Source: Coleofasciculus sp. B1-GNL1-01 (GTDB taxonomy: Bacteria; Cyanobacteriota; Cyanobacteriia; Cyanobacteriales; Coleofasciculaceae). Taken from it: 64,000 nucleotides of DNA. The translations under genes were made by a program, and so were the position numbers. Shown one piece after another: positions 42,365 to 54,300 of the stretch (its first letter is position 1; the number at the start of each line of letters is the position of its first letter). The DNA is taken from the NCBI GenBank assembly GCA_040220235.1, contig JAVJTO010000094.1. One strand, written 5' to 3'. Under the pieces are notes generated by a model. The model did not search any database and was not told where the DNA came from. It saw only the letters and a list, made by a program, of their open reading frames with translations.

Positions 42365-43987
42365 TCAACGGTGAACCAACCGTTTTTGAAACACCAACCA
42401 TTTTCCCATGGCATCGGAATTAGAGTTTACCCCTTTGTGCAATAAAATCACCCCATCTTCAAAGCCAATAATGCCATACTCTTGCTTTGCCGTTACCTGA
42501 TCAATTAGCGATACCAGCGACTTCAAAAGTCCTCGTTCCTGATCAAACGCCACCTGATATTGCTGCAATCGCCAAAGGTCAGCAATAATATAATCTACAG
42601 TAATGACCTCTTGCTGATCATTGCGTAAGCTTAAATCCGGTAAGCGGATAATTTCACGGCGACTAGAGAGATGAGGAATAATATAAGTTGTCGCCGAAAC
42701 ACTGGCATCCGGTGGAATTTGGGAAACTAAAGGACGCATTTGTTGCACATGGTTCCACTGTTGGGGTAATGAGATATGTACCCAGGGGTCAAAGGAATCC
42801 GGTAACATAAAATAAAAGGCACGATTTAACGCCGAAGCGCTAGATGTATAGGAGAAAAATAGCGTCAAACTCAGACAAAAAATCCAAAAATATCGAAAGC
42901 GCGATCGCTTATAGAAATCTTGATGCTTTGACCACCAGAGAATCGCCCCATAAAACAACCCTGGCACCACCGTAAGCGCATAGCGAATATTAATTGCCAG
43001 TACCGATTCCCCCTTACCTAAAAATAACTTGAGTAAAGGAAATCCCGCTATCATCCAAGAGGCGGGTGAAATCGCGGGTACAAACGCCAACGGTAACCAT
43101 TGCCCCAATAAATAATTCAACGTGCGACCAAACGGTGTCACCAATTCCACCAACACCCGCCCCGGATTACTCACCATTCCCCAGATAATCTCTAACGTAG
43201 ACGCCTCATCCCCTGAAGCATATTGACCGAATCGTTCCATCATAAACCGCTGGGAAATATCCTGAGAAAATAACGGCATCACTAGATTCGTCAGCAGAAT
43301 TATATAACCAAAACTTAAGCTACAAATCGCTAACCCAATCCGGGGATAGCGCCGACTCAGGATTAAGTACACCCCCACACCAAACAAGCCGATTCCCGCA
43401 TCTTCGCGCACGGCTAAAAGTAACACAGCTAATAGCCAAAACAGCCACCAGCAGCGTTTTTCCATCGCTAGCAACAATCCGAAAACCAATAGAGGAATCT
43501 GGGAAATATCGTGAAAGTTCGATAAGGTTGGACTAATAACCGCATTCGCACAGTAAAAGCTAACCGTAATCATCCCGGCTAACGGTGGTTCCAGATACTC
43601 TCGTGCGAGAACATACAGAACTAAACCCGCCACCGTGACGAATGTTACCTGCAATACAGTTAACGTGGCGGGTGTAGGAAATAACGCATACAGGGGTAAC
43701 CAAAGTAACAACGCTGGCGTAAAATGTTGTCCCAACCGATGATAATCAACCCTAGGAACCTCCCCCTGATGAACCACATTCGTTGAAAGTTGCGAGGATA
43801 AAGAACTCTCAAAAAAACGTCCATGCAGGTTATTCCAGAAGACTTGATTAAAAATACCTTGGTCGTAGGAGGAATAAAACGTATAGTGTCGATGTAAGCC
43901 TAAAATTAAAGCCATACAAAAAAAAGCGAGTGCCGCCGTAATCGCTAACCTTGATAGAGATACCTGAGAAAATTTAAATCGCATCAT
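42365..43987 (-). CDS. DUF2079 family membrane protein (GT-C-like)
   Basis: YDQGIFNQVFWN, LGQHFTP, NFHD and RED motifs; multiple TM helices. Confidence 0.85.
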   Translation of the reverse strand: MMRFKFSQVSLSRLAITAALAFFCMALILGLHRHYTFYSSYDQGIFNQVFWNNLHGRFFESSLSSQLSTNVVHQGEVPRVDYHRLGQHFTPALLLWLPLYALFPTPATLTVLQVTFVTVAGLVLYVLAREYLEPPLAGMITVSFYCANAVISPTLSNFHDISQIPLLVFGLLLAMEKRCWWLFWLLAVLLLAVREDAGIGLFGVGVYLILSRRYPRIGLAICSLSFGYIILLTNLVMPLFSQDISQRFMMERFGQYASGDEASTLEIIWGMVSNPGRVLVELVTPFGRTLNYLLGQWLPLAFVPAISPASWMIAGFPLLKLFLGKGESVLAINIRYALTVVPGLFYGAILWWSKHQDFYKRSRFRYFWIFCLSLTLFFSYTSSASALNRAFYFMLPDSFDPWVHISLPQQWNHVQQMRPLVSQIPPDASVSATTYIIPHLSSRREIIRLPDLSLRNDQQEVITVDYIIADLWRLQQYQVAFDQERGLLKSLVSLIDQVTAKQEYGIIGFEDGVILLHKGVNSNSDAMGKWLVFQKRLVHR

Positions 43988-44120
43988 AGTATGTCCGGCT
44001 GTATAATTCGTCTATCATACCCGTAGTTATTTCCCAGAGAACATTATCCTAACGAAGGACAAAGGACAAAGGACTACTTAATTTTGCTACCATAGCGGCA
44101 GTCCCCTTGCTGATTGTAAG

Positions 44121-44849
44121 ATGATCAAAAGAATTTCCTTAGGCTTAGGCTTGTTGAGTGGCATCCTATTCACGGGCAATCCAGTTCATGCTGATATACC
44201 CCTAACTCCAGTCTCCCCTGCATCCTCAACGGTTCCCCAAACCCTTTCCCAAGCCTCCACCTCTACCAATATCAAGCTGTTACTCGAAGACTTACCTGAG
44301 GGGTTCCAGGAACTTCCCCCCGAATTAACCGCCTCACTTGCCTCTCAATTTAGACTGTTAACCCAGCAATTCCAGGACGCCAACCTGAACCCAGAAAATT
44401 TATTCGCCTTTGTCAATCCCGAAAGCTTTCAAATTGTTCTAGGATTTACCAGTCCCCTATCTAGCGAACAAGATTGGGTAAACTTTGATACCAATGTACA
44501 GCAGTTACAACAACCCGAAATTCAACAGTTACTGGTTAGCCAACTGAAGCAACGATTGCAAGGGATGGGAGAAATCAATGTTTTGGAATACAAACCCCTC
44601 CCCGAATTGAATAACGTGGCGGATACCTCAACAGGCTTTACCTTAGGCATCGATATGGAAGGAACACCCCTACAATTAGACATGGCAACCTTTCGTCGAG
44701 GTGGGATGATTGCGTTCACTGGGGTGATGTATGTAAATGGACAAATGCCATTAATTCAAGTTGGCGATGTTGCTCAAAAGCTTGATAGTCGTATTGTCCA
44801 ACGTTCGGCGCAATCCTATCCTGCTAGTTTAGCCAACCATCAGTTTTAA
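44121..44849 (+). CDS. Exported hypothetical protein
   Basis: Signal peptide ending VHA; LEDLPEGF...TFRRG pattern. Confidence 0.75.
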   Translation: MIKRISLGLGLLSGILFTGNPVHADIPLTPVSPASSTVPQTLSQASTSTNIKLLLEDLPEGFQELPPELTASLASQFRLLTQQFQDANLNPENLFAFVNPESFQIVLGFTSPLSSEQDWVNFDTNVQQLQQPEIQQLLVSQLKQRLQGMGEINVLEYKPLPELNNVADTSTGFTLGIDMEGTPLQLDMATFRRGGMIAFTGVMYVNGQMPLIQVGDVAQKLDSRIVQRSAQSYPASLANHQF

Positions 44850-44896
44850 ATCCCCAACCGACAACGTAGATATATACCCACCTGGCGTCTATCGAC

Positions 44897-46298
44897 TAGC
44901 GGAGGTGAAAACCCCCGTGTTTTAACCGGGGGATGAAACCGAGCGAAGCGTCCAGCCAAGTAGCTTTAGCTACGAGTGTTTATTTTTTGATAGCACTTAG
45001 CCAATAATGTAGTATAATATCATCAAACATTGCAGGAGGTCGAGCAAATGTTTACCTTAATTTACGAGTTTAAACTCAAGCCAACTAATGCTCAAGTAGC
45101 CGTTTTCCAACAATGGCTAGAGCAATGCCGTAAGGTCTATAACTATGCCCTTCGTGAGCGAAAAGATTGGGTTAATAGCCGTAAATGTAAGGGTTACGCT
45201 TGCTCAGTCAAAAGCGAGTACATCATACCAGCAGATACACCAGCTCCTACTTACAATAGTCAAGCGGTAGCCCTTACCCAAGCCAAAAAGAATATCCCTG
45301 GACTTGAGCAGGTTCACTCACAGGTATTACAACAGACTCTTAAGCGGCTACAGTTAGCGTTTGAGGGGATGTGGAAAAATAGGCGTGGGTTCCCTCGGTT
45401 CAAGAAACCTGGTCGGATGCGGTCATTTGTGTTCCCTGCTTTAGGGAAACAACCCATCCAAGGGAATCGAATCAAACTACCTAAAATTGGGCTGGTTAAA
45501 TTCAATCAATCCCGTCCTATACCTGACGATGCGATCATTAAACAAGCACGAATTGTGAGACGTGCATCAGGCTGGTATGTACAGTTAACCCTGCAATGGA
45601 AAGTGTCTGTGCCGGAAATCAGTCCGACTGGCACATCACTAGGAATAGATGTTGGTTTAATGCATTTTGCTGCCGTGTCCAATGGGCGAACGTTTCCCAA
45701 TCCACGACCGTTTAAGCGACTAGAGAGCAAGCTTAAATCGCTGCAAAAAAAGGTAGCTAGTAAACAGTTTGGGTCAAACAATCGAGCCAAAGCACAAGCC
45801 AAGGTAGCAAAGCTACATGAGCGGATTGCTAATACCCGTAAAAACTATCACTGGGAACTAGCCCATAACTTATGTGATTGGGCTGATATGATATTCGCTG
45901 AACAACTCAACCTAAAAGCACTAGGTAAAGGCTTCTTAGCTAAACATTGCCTGGATGCGGGTTGGGGTCAGTTCTTAGATGTCCTTCGAGCGTGCTGTTT
46001 TAAACGGGGTGTGTACTTCCAGAAAGTACCCGCAAAGGGAACAAGTCAAACTTGCCCTAATTGCTTAGAGGATACAGGCAAAAAGAAGCTTTCTCAACGG
46101 GTACATAAATGCCAATTCTGTGGGTACACCTGCGATAGAGATGTAGCATCTGCTCAGGTAGTAGAAATCAGAGGAGTCGTAGCCGTGGGACACACGGTAG
46201 GTAAGCTTTCTGAGGGTAAAGGTTCCGTCCTGGAAGACGTTAAACTCTGCCTCCCTGTGACGGAAGAATCCCCCGCGTTTTAACCGGGGGAGTGTCAA
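44897..46298 (+). mobile_element. IS200/IS605-family TnpB-only element (IS1341-like)
   Basis: Matching subterminal hairpins CCCCCGTGTTTTAACCGGGGG (left) and CCCCCGCGTTTTAACCGGGGG (right). The right end terminates in TCAA at 46295-46298. No tnpA. Left boundary approximate, after TCGAC. Confidence 0.85.
45048..46283 (+). CDS. tnpB: RNA-guided endonuclease TnpB
   Basis: YEFKLKPT N-terminus; RuvC D (GIDVG), E (FAEQL) and D (DRDVASA); zinc ribbon CPNC...CQFC. Confidence 0.93.
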   Translation: MFTLIYEFKLKPTNAQVAVFQQWLEQCRKVYNYALRERKDWVNSRKCKGYACSVKSEYIIPADTPAPTYNSQAVALTQAKKNIPGLEQVHSQVLQQTLKRLQLAFEGMWKNRRGFPRFKKPGRMRSFVFPALGKQPIQGNRIKLPKIGLVKFNQSRPIPDDAIIKQARIVRRASGWYVQLTLQWKVSVPEISPTGTSLGIDVGLMHFAAVSNGRTFPNPRPFKRLESKLKSLQKKVASKQFGSNNRAKAQAKVAKLHERIANTRKNYHWELAHNLCDWADMIFAEQLNLKALGKGFLAKHCLDAGWGQFLDVLRACCFKRGVYFQKVPAKGTSQTCPNCLEDTGKKKLSQRVHKCQFCGYTCDRDVASAQVVEIRGVVAVGHTVGKLSEGKGSVLEDVKLCLPVTEESPAF

Positions 46299-46307
46299 AC
46301 AAAATCC

Positions 46308-46336
46308 CCCGGTAGCTATCAATAGCTTACCGGGAG
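46308..46336. terminator. Hairpin between convergent transcription units
   Basis: CCCGGTAGCTA-TCAA-TAGCTTACCGGG inverted repeat. Confidence 0.45.
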
Positions 46337-46539
46337 AGACTCAGCATTTTCTGTTTGATTTCTATTTTAGGTTCAAGGACACCGATCAAAAATCCGTAAA
46401 ATTCAGTAATTTCCTGGCTCTAGTTTCCATAAATCGTCAAAAATACGGGTTGACAACGGGTTATAGTAATGCTACATAAGAATACTTAAATAACTCTTTA
46501 ACAAATGACAAAGGACAAATGACAAAGGACAAATAACCC

Positions 46540-48210
46540 TTACCGCTCAAAACTGTAGATTTTTTGCGTGGTTAAATGTTCAAATACACGGGAGGGACAT
46601 TGACTCAGTGAGTACATTTGCCGATCAAGCTGAACTTGTAAACTAATCAGAGGATCGACCCCGGTAGAAACCAGAAATTCTAGGCGTCCCAGTTGCGACC
46701 AAGTGCTGAGTGTATCTAAGATTTTCGCGATCGCAACGCAGTAAGGATGATGGCTATCCTTGTACCAGTCGGGTTCTGCCAGGTTCGCTTGATCAAAGCC
46801 CAGGTGAACGATTAAAGACGGTTTCCCAAATAAGGCGATCGCCACCGGACGCGCTTCTTCCTGTAACAATAGGTTATGGCTTTCCGCTAAATGTCGCAGT
46901 TTTTCCAGCCGTTCATACCGTTCCGTCACGGGTTGCGGCGCATCTAACCACTGAATTCCCACGGTGACTAAATAGGTTTGTAGCAACAGATGTCCTAATT
47001 TTTGTGCCTTGGTTGCCAAATAGATCGAGTTATAGTCATTGGATTCAATCAGCAGGGGGACGCGATCGACTACCTCAATCCCATATCCCCTTAATCCAGC
47101 AATCTTACGTGGATTATTCGTAATCAGGCGAATTTGTTTGACGCCAAGATCATTCAGCATCTGCGCCCCCATGCCATAGTTCCGCAGATCCGCCGGAAAT
47201 CCTAAGCGTTCATTCGCTTCCACCGTATCCAATCCCATATCCTGGAGGGAATAGGCTTTCAACTTATTCACCAAACCAATCCCTCGTCCCTCCTGGCGCA
47301 AATACACCAGCACCCCTTGACCCGCCGTCTCAATCATTTTTAACGCGGCTTCCAGTTGCTGACGACAATCACAGCGCAGGGAACCCAAGGCATCTCCTGT
47401 GAGGCATTCCGAGTGCATTCGTACCATCACGGGTTGGTCTTGAAATGTTTCCGGATCTCCCTTGACAATTGCCACATGTTCTGTTTTGTCCAAGGTATTG
47501 CGATAGCCATAAATTTTAAACGTGCCAAACTCTGTCGGCAATTTAGCCACCGTTTCCCGGTAGACGAAGCGATCGTGTTGCAGGCGATAACTAATTAAAT
47601 CGGCAATGCTAATCAGTTTAAGATTATGCTGTTTGGCATACTGAATCAACTGCGGCAAACGCGCCATCGACCCATCGGGATTTTGGATCTCACAGATCAC
47701 CCCAGCTGGGTATAAACCTGCCAATCGCGGCAAATCCACCGCCGCCTCCGTATGACCCGCCCGCTTGAGAACCCCTCCTTCTCTAGCGCGGATCGGGAAA
47801 ATATGACCCGGACGACGTAAATCACAGGGTTTAGTGTGGGGGTTAATCGCAATTTGGATCGTTCGCGCCCGATCTTCTGCCGAGATACCCGTTGTCACCC
47901 CCAAATGGGATGCTGCATCAATACTAATCGTGAACGCCGTTTGATTGCTATCGGTATTTTTGGTAACCATCAATGGCAAATCGAGGGCATCGAGGCGTTC
48001 TCCCATCAGCGCCAGACAAATCAAGCCCCTGGCTTCCACCGCCATGAAATTAATCATATCCGGTGTGGCAAATTGGGCAGCGCAAATTACGTCCCCTTCG
48101 TTCTCCCGGTTTTCATCGTCAACCACAACCAAAGCGCGACCGGCTTTGAGATCGGCTAGGGCTTCATCTATCGAGTTGAATTCAAACAAAACAGTTTCAG
48201 GCGATTCCAC
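46540..48210 (-). CDS. ribBA: Bifunctional DHBP synthase / GTP cyclohydrolase II with cyanobacterial C-terminal extension
   Basis: [27 protein letters not shown]...CDC and QEGRGIG motifs. Confidence 0.96.
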   Translation of the reverse strand: MESPETVLFEFNSIDEALADLKAGRALVVVDDENRENEGDVICAAQFATPDMINFMAVEARGLICLALMGERLDALDLPLMVTKNTDSNQTAFTISIDAASHLGVTTGISAEDRARTIQIAINPHTKPCDLRRPGHIFPIRAREGGVLKRAGHTEAAVDLPRLAGLYPAGVICEIQNPDGSMARLPQLIQYAKQHNLKLISIADLISYRLQHDRFVYRETVAKLPTEFGTFKIYGYRNTLDKTEHVAIVKGDPETFQDQPVMVRMHSECLTGDALGSLRCDCRQQLEAALKMIETAGQGVLVYLRQEGRGIGLVNKLKAYSLQDMGLDTVEANERLGFPADLRNYGMGAQMLNDLGVKQIRLITNNPRKIAGLRGYGIEVVDRVPLLIESNDYNSIYLATKAQKLGHLLLQTYLVTVGIQWLDAPQPVTERYERLEKLRHLAESHNLLLQEEARPVAIALFGKPSLIVHLGFDQANLAEPDWYKDSHHPYCVAIAKILDTLSTWSQLGRLEFLVSTGVDPLISLQVQLDRQMYSLSQCPSRVFEHLTTQKIYSFER

Positions 48211-48389
48211 GTCAAAAGCGCGAGTGCTAGACCCTCTAGATTTATAGAGTAAGTTACTTTTCGATTGTATCCCGTTTACCCAGATAGAGAATTCTAAAGA
48301 TGCAAGAGTTCCCCCAGAAGGGCGGGTTGGGTTAAGTTATGGCGACTCTTCCTCAAAAAATTGTAAGTTTGAGTATTGGTCGAAAAGGG

Positions 48390-49137
48390 CGATCGCCCGT
48401 TGGTTAAGTTTTCTGTATAGGGGTAGAATGCGATCGCCTGTTTAGGGGTATGCTTAAAGATATTTTCTGCTACCCATCTCATAGACGCGATCGCGCCTCC
48501 TGGGAAGGACAGAAAAGACCAGCGTCAATCAGGGGAACCTCTGGTCATGTCTTATCGGGAACCCATCCGCAAACCAAATTTCTCACCTTTGAGTCGGAAG
48601 TCCGACACCAATCCGTTGCAGCGACGCCGTTTCAAAGTTCCGAAACCCAAAAAACCTGTGGTAAGACGCTCACCGGAGGAACAGAGGGCGTTTTTGCAAC
48701 AGAAACTGGATCAGTCGGCTTTTGTCGGTTACAACGGTCTTAATGTCCCGGTTAATGTCCCTCAAACCCCACCCCCACAACCTGTACAGGAACAATCCGC
48801 TAATGCAGGGTTAGAAGATAACGCTCAACAGCCAGAGGTTTCCGAGGCGGAAGCGACAGAGACTCAGGAAGAAGAAACAGTTCAGCGCCAGGAAGGTTCA
48901 GAAGCCGAATTATCACAGAATCCAGAATCCCCTGAGAAAGAAGTAGACGGAGTTGCTGTCACCCCGGCTCAACCCTCAGCAGCAGAGAGTGGAAACAACC
49001 CATCCCCAAAACCGAATTTACAAGCTCAAAAGGAAAGAATATCGCGTTTGAGTTCCAACTTGCTGACTGTTCCCGTCAATACCCAGAGGAAAGAGTCTTC
49101 TGTGGTGCAGAGGAATGGGCTTCAGAATGGGCTAGGA
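48390..49137 (+). repeat. Duplicated upstream region plus N-terminal coding region, copy 1
   Basis: Near-identical to the sequence starting at 50356 (offset 1966 bp); similarity extends to about 49137 / 51370. Confidence 0.92.
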
Positions 49138-49803
49138 AAAGACCAAGGAAATCAACTAGGTCATGATAAATCAATAAGTGAGCGTAGAACTGAGCGCCGA
49201 ACTGAAAGAGAAGTTGAATCAGATAGGCGACGCCGCCGTCCAGAAGGTGGCACAGGTGGGGGAGGACACTTAGAATCGGATTGGGCAGGTCGATCTATAT
49301 TGTATCGTTATCTTACAGGAGGTGGAGACTGGCATATTAATAATGATCCCAACTGGTCTAGTTATATGAAGGCAAATGAATCTTTGCAGCAGATACTACA
49401 GGCAAAGGTGCTTGAGCTTGCTAAGACCATGGGAACAGGTTCCGGAAAAATTTCTGAAACGTTTCATGTAAGTATTGAGAATGGAGAGAGTATCGTTGGC
49501 TATCAGTATTTACATGGGACAAATGCCAACGTAGGAGACTTTCAAATTACAGGAACTTCATCAAGTGTTTTTGACGCAGGTGGCACAAGAACTATAACTT
49601 TAGCTCTTTCCTATACTTGGAATGATGTTATAGATCCTAATCCTCAGTATACAACGGACAATATCAAGAGTTTATTTGCCGAGAGAATTACTCTAGGAAG
49701 AGCAGAACCCTATACTATTCATATCACTTGGAGTTCCCAGTCTATTGTGGAAATTGATGCATCAGGAAATGTAATTTCTAGTGAAGGATGGCCCTTTAAT
49801 TAA
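48547..49803 (+). CDS. Putative polymorphic toxin A: shared disordered leader plus ~170-aa unique C-terminal domain
   Basis: N-terminal ~200 aa shared with the gene at 50513; unique AT-rich tip (GYQYLHG...YTWNDVIDPNPQY...GWPFN); followed by a lipoprotein gene. Confidence 0.7.
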   Translation: MSYREPIRKPNFSPLSRKSDTNPLQRRRFKVPKPKKPVVRRSPEEQRAFLQQKLDQSAFVGYNGLNVPVNVPQTPPPQPVQEQSANAGLEDNAQQPEVSEAEATETQEEETVQRQEGSEAELSQNPESPEKEVDGVAVTPAQPSAAESGNNPSPKPNLQAQKERISRLSSNLLTVPVNTQRKESSVVQRNGLQNGLGKDQGNQLGHDKSISERRTERRTEREVESDRRRRRPEGGTGGGGHLESDWAGRSILYRYLTGGGDWHINNDPNWSSYMKANESLQQILQAKVLELAKTMGTGSGKISETFHVSIENGESIVGYQYLHGTNANVGDFQITGTSSSVFDAGGTRTITLALSYTWNDVIDPNPQYTTDNIKSLFAERITLGRAEPYTIHITWSSQSIVEIDASGNVISSEGWPFN

Positions 49804-49876
49804 AATTATAACTCATGATTCACCTGAAATAGAGTGCTTATAAAGCTTACTCGATAAGAATAAAGAGGCGTTGGCC

Positions 49877-50320
49877 ATGAACAAAACAATAGTTTATTTA
49901 AAACAGCTATTTTATAATTTATTGGTTTTACTAATCGTTTTAACAAGTTGCCAGGAAAAAGCTATGGTTTTACCAGCAGAAGTTGCAACAGTAGAAGAAC
50001 CTGCTATTTCACCATCAGGAAAATATACTCTTGTTATAGAAAGTAATGAAAACCCTGATCTTCCTTATCGAAAATTTAAAATATTAGATCAGGAGCAAAA
50101 TATTTTGTATACATCAGATGAACAATTTGATATACGTCATACAACCTATTTCTTGTGGGGAGCGGATGACCGTGTTTGGGTATATTCTGGTGATATAGGA
50201 ACTTTTTTCTGGGAAAATGAGCCAGACACAAAAAAATGGCAGCGTCATGTATATGCGCGTAGTGATGTGCCAGCGCCTAGCTATTTAAAGGAGCAAAGAC
50301 CTAGATTGCATCAGCGTTGA
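49877..50320 (+). CDS. Lipoprotein, putative immunity protein for toxin A
   Basis: Lipobox LTS-C; ISPSGKY...WGADDRVWVYSGDIGTFFW beta-rich domain; AT-rich; directly downstream of the tip. Confidence 0.65.
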   Translation: MNKTIVYLKQLFYNLLVLLIVLTSCQEKAMVLPAEVATVEEPAISPSGKYTLVIESNENPDLPYRKFKILDQEQNILYTSDEQFDIRHTTYFLWGADDRVWVYSGDIGTFFWENEPDTKKWQRHVYARSDVPAPSYLKEQRPRLHQR

Positions 50321-50355
50321 ACCCTTATTGTTTTCTGTTCCCTGTTCTCAAAAAA

Positions 50356-51370
50356 CGATCGCCCGTTGGTTAAGTTTTCTGTATAGGGGTAGAATGCGAT
50401 CGCCTGTTTGGGGGTATGATTGAGGATATTTTCTGCTACCCATCTCATAGACGCGATCGCGCCTTCTGGGAAGGACAGAAAAGAACAGCATCAATCAGGG
50501 GAACCTCTGGTCATGTCTTTCCGAGAACCTATCCGCAAACCAAATTTCTCACCTTTGAGTCGGAAGTCCGACACCAATCCGTTGCAGCGACGCCGTTTCA
50601 AAGTTCCGAAACCCAAAAAACCTGTGGTGCGACGCTCACCGGAGGAACAGAGGGCGTTTTTGCAACAGAAATTGGATCAGTCGGCTTTTGTCGGTTACAA
50701 CGGTCTTAATGTCCCGGTTAATGTCCCTCAAACCCCACCCCCGCAACCTGTACAGGAACAATCCGCTAATGCAGGGTTAGAAGATAACGCTCAACAGCCA
50801 GAGGTTTCCGAGGCGGAAGCGACAGAGACTCAGGAAGAAGAGACGGTTCAACGCCAGGAAGGTTCAGAAGCCGAATTATCACAGAATCCAGAATCCCCGG
50901 ATACAGAAGTAGAGGGAGAGGCTGTCACCCCGGCTCAACCCTCAGCAGCAGAGAGTGAAAACAACCCATCCCCAAAGCCCAATTTACAAGCTCAACTCGA
51001 AAAAGTATCGCGTTTGAGTTCCAATTTGCTGAATATTCCTATCAATGCTCCAGGAAAAGAACCACCGTCAATGCCAGAGGCTGAGACAACTTCAGAGCAG
51101 GGAGAGGAGACGATTCAGCGAGAGGAAGGTTCAGAAGAAAATGTATCACAGAATCCCGAATCCCCAGAGAAAGAAGTAGAAGGAGAAGCTGTCACCTCTT
51201 CTGAACCATCAGCAGCAGACAGTGGAAAACAGCCATCCCAAAAACCGAATTTACAAGCTCAACGGGAAAGAGCATCTCGTTTGAGTTCTAATTTGCTGAA
51301 TATTCCCGTTAACACTCAAGGGAAAGAGTCTCCTCCGGTGCAGAGGAATGTACTTCAGGATGGGTTAGAA
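50356..51370 (+). repeat. Duplicated upstream region plus N-terminal coding region, copy 2 (with an extra internal ~90-codon repeat)
   Basis: The ETxQRxEGSE...RLSSNLLNIPxN unit occurs twice here and once in copy 1. Confidence 0.9.
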
Positions 51371-54300
51371 CAGTATCACCCCAAAATAGAACAGAGAACT
51401 CATTCTGTCTTCAATGGATTAAATCGGTTTAATGTTCAACCATCAAGTCAGTCAGAAACCGTTCAGCGCTCATGTTCCGCCTGTGAGCAGGAACAGAAGA
51501 AGAAAGAAGAAGAGGAAACGCACACCGGAACCATCCAGGCGAAAGCTGACATAGCAGGTGCTAGGGGTTTAAATAAAAACCCATTATCGTTACAGGGAGA
51601 TAACCTCACTCCGACGCTACAAGCTAAGACAATTGAGGAGCAAGAGTCTCTAACTACATCCAACAAAAATCCGTCTCCAATATCCGTAGACAAGAAAGCA
51701 CCGCCACTTCCAGCTAAAGAAGTTCCACCGCCTAATGCTCAAACAGCCACAGGTGAAGAATCTCAGCCAACGGAAATTTCACCAGATATTGCAGAAGCCA
51801 AGAAGCCGTTAGTTACAGAGACAGAGACTCAAGAATTACAAAAACCTGCTCCGGCTGAACCCCAATCTGTCAATCAACCCCAAGCAAAAATCGAGCCACC
51901 TGCTCAACCAGCACCCACCACAGACGCGAAACCAGAAGCACAAGGTAGTGAAACTCAACCGGAAGTTGCGCCAGCGCCAAAACCTGAAGCTAAATCCCAA
52001 GTACAAGATAGTCCAACTGAATCCCCAGCTACTCCAGCACCCACAAAAGAAACCCAACCGGAAGCACAAGGGAATACGAGTAAACCCGAAGTCACGCCAG
52101 CACCGAAACCTGAAGCCAAATCCAAAGCACAAGATAGTTCAACGGAATCCCCAGCTACCCCAGCACCCACAAAAGAAGCTAAACCAGACACAGAAGGTAC
52201 TGCGCCTCAACCCGAAGCTGAATCCGCACCGACTGATACTGAAGGGAAAACTCAACCCCAGGAAAAAGCCACTGAAACTCCGGCTAATACGGAAACAGCC
52301 AATACGGGTGCTGGAAGTATCCAAACCCCTGATTTAACTCAAGCTAATCAGGGGACATCTTTAACGGCTATGTGGCAACAGCAACAGGATCAGATGGATA
52401 ATACTGATCAAAATGTTGCTCAAACTGTTGATCCGAGTCAAGAACCCCAAGCCGCTTTAGAACAAGTATTACAACAAGCCCAACAAAAAATTGCGGCGAT
52501 TCCCCCACCTGGGACAAATGCACCTAAATCTGAACCCTTACCTCAGCCGCAAGTTGAGCAAATTGAGAAACCTGCGATAGAAACTCCTCCTACGACAGAA
52601 ACTCCTACAGTTAAAGATGGCGCGGCTGAAACTCCCGCCGTAGAAGACAAAGCAGCAGAGGTTACTCCGGCTGAACCTAGCCAAGAAGATACTCTTGAGT
52701 CGGCGACTACTGAACCTCCAGAACCAGCCGAACCCGAACAACCCCAAGTACAACCCGAAGACAAAGCCCTTCCGGAAACTGAACCTCAACCGGAAGCAGA
52801 AGTTCAGGAAGCACCTGAACCGACAGCCAAAGAACCCGAACCTCAAGAACCTGAAACCCCTGAAGTTGAAAAAGACGAGACAGAACAGAATGTTGAGGAA
52901 GCGGTTCAATCCGCAGAACCAGCGGTTGCAGCCAAAGGTGCTGAAAGTAATGTAGCCGTTAAGCCAGTTGATGAACAACAGGTTAAATCAGGACAAGTTG
53001 TTCAAGGCGATTTACTGGAAAATCCCTTTGATTGGGCAAAAGGTATTTTTGATTCCCTTCAAGGTGATGCTGCTGGGAAGAAGAATGAGGTACAAAGTGA
53101 TTACGATAGTAAAAAATCTCAAGTTGATGGGACAAAACAAGAGCAAGGGAATCAGTTAGATAATGACAAGCAAACCAAGGGTAGTGAGCTGGATGCAGAC
53201 AAAGATACCAAAGGTAATGAGTTAGAAGCTGATAAAGAAACCAAAGGCAGTGAGTTAGAAGCTGATAAAGAAACCAAAGGCAATGAATTAGATAGCGCTA
53301 AAGACGCTAAAGGGAATGAATTAGAAGCTGATAAACAAGCTAAAGCCGCTGAACTCGAAGCTGATAAACAAGCTAAAGGGAATGAATTAGAAGCCGATAA
53401 ACAAGCTAAAGCGGCTGAACTCGAAGCTGATAAACAAACGAAAGGAACTGAACTTCAGTCAGAAGTCAAAGCCAAAGGAACTGAAGTTGAAGCCGAGAGT
53501 CAAGCCAAAGGTACAGAACTCCAAACCGATGCCCAAACCCAAGCTTCTGAGTTACAAGGGGAAGAAACTGGCTTAAAACAAGAAACGACGGCTAAAGAGC
53601 AACAAGTTGAAACAGAAGTTGCTGATAAAGTTACCAATCTGGAAAGTAAAGCCGTTGAAGGCAAAGGTGAGATTGAAAGTAATTGGACTGATTTAGAAAA
53701 TAGTGCCACAACGGAAATGACTGCTGTAGAAACAGAAGCCCAGCAGTTTTCCCAGACATACATGGCGAAAGCTCAAAACTTTATCGCTAAACTTAATGGA
53801 GCTTCCGCCGGGGCAAAACAAGCAGAAGGACAAGGAAATGGTCAAGTTCTACAAGCTAAACTTGATGACACATCAGCCGGAGTCAAACCAGCAGAAGGGT
53901 TAGGTAATGGGCAAGCTTTACAAGCTGAATTGGAAACCCTCCAAACAGAAGTTGAATCAGCCTGTACTAATATTGAAGGCAAGGTAGCTCCTGTCACGCA
54001 AAGAGTTGAACAGGGATGGCAAGGAATTAGCCAAAAAGCCCAGGATGTTGGTACACAACTGCAACAACAGGGAGAACAAGTTAAAACATCGGTTGACCAG
54101 TCTGTCACCAGTGCAGGGGATTATTTAAATGAGAAATGGACAACCTTAACAGGTAAAGCCTCAGAAGGCTGGACAAGCTTCCAGGGTAAAGTTGGGGAAG
54201 CTCAATCCTGGGTGGGAGAAAAGGTTAATAATGCCACCAGTTTTGCTACTGAAAAAGCTGGAGCCGCAACGAATTGGTTATCGGAAAAAGCCAATAGTGC

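Noticed and set aside
48450..48743. Alternative-frame ORFs 48450-48743 and 50416-50709, and the 50420 start for toxin B
   Set aside because: They overlap the leader in another frame and recur only because the DNA is duplicated. The ATG shared by both copies (48547 / 50513) is the more parsimonious start.
48390..51370. Diversity-generating retroelement template/variable repeat pair
   Set aside because: No reverse transcriptase is present, the differences are not adenine-specific, and the repeat covers N-termini rather than C-terminal variable regions.
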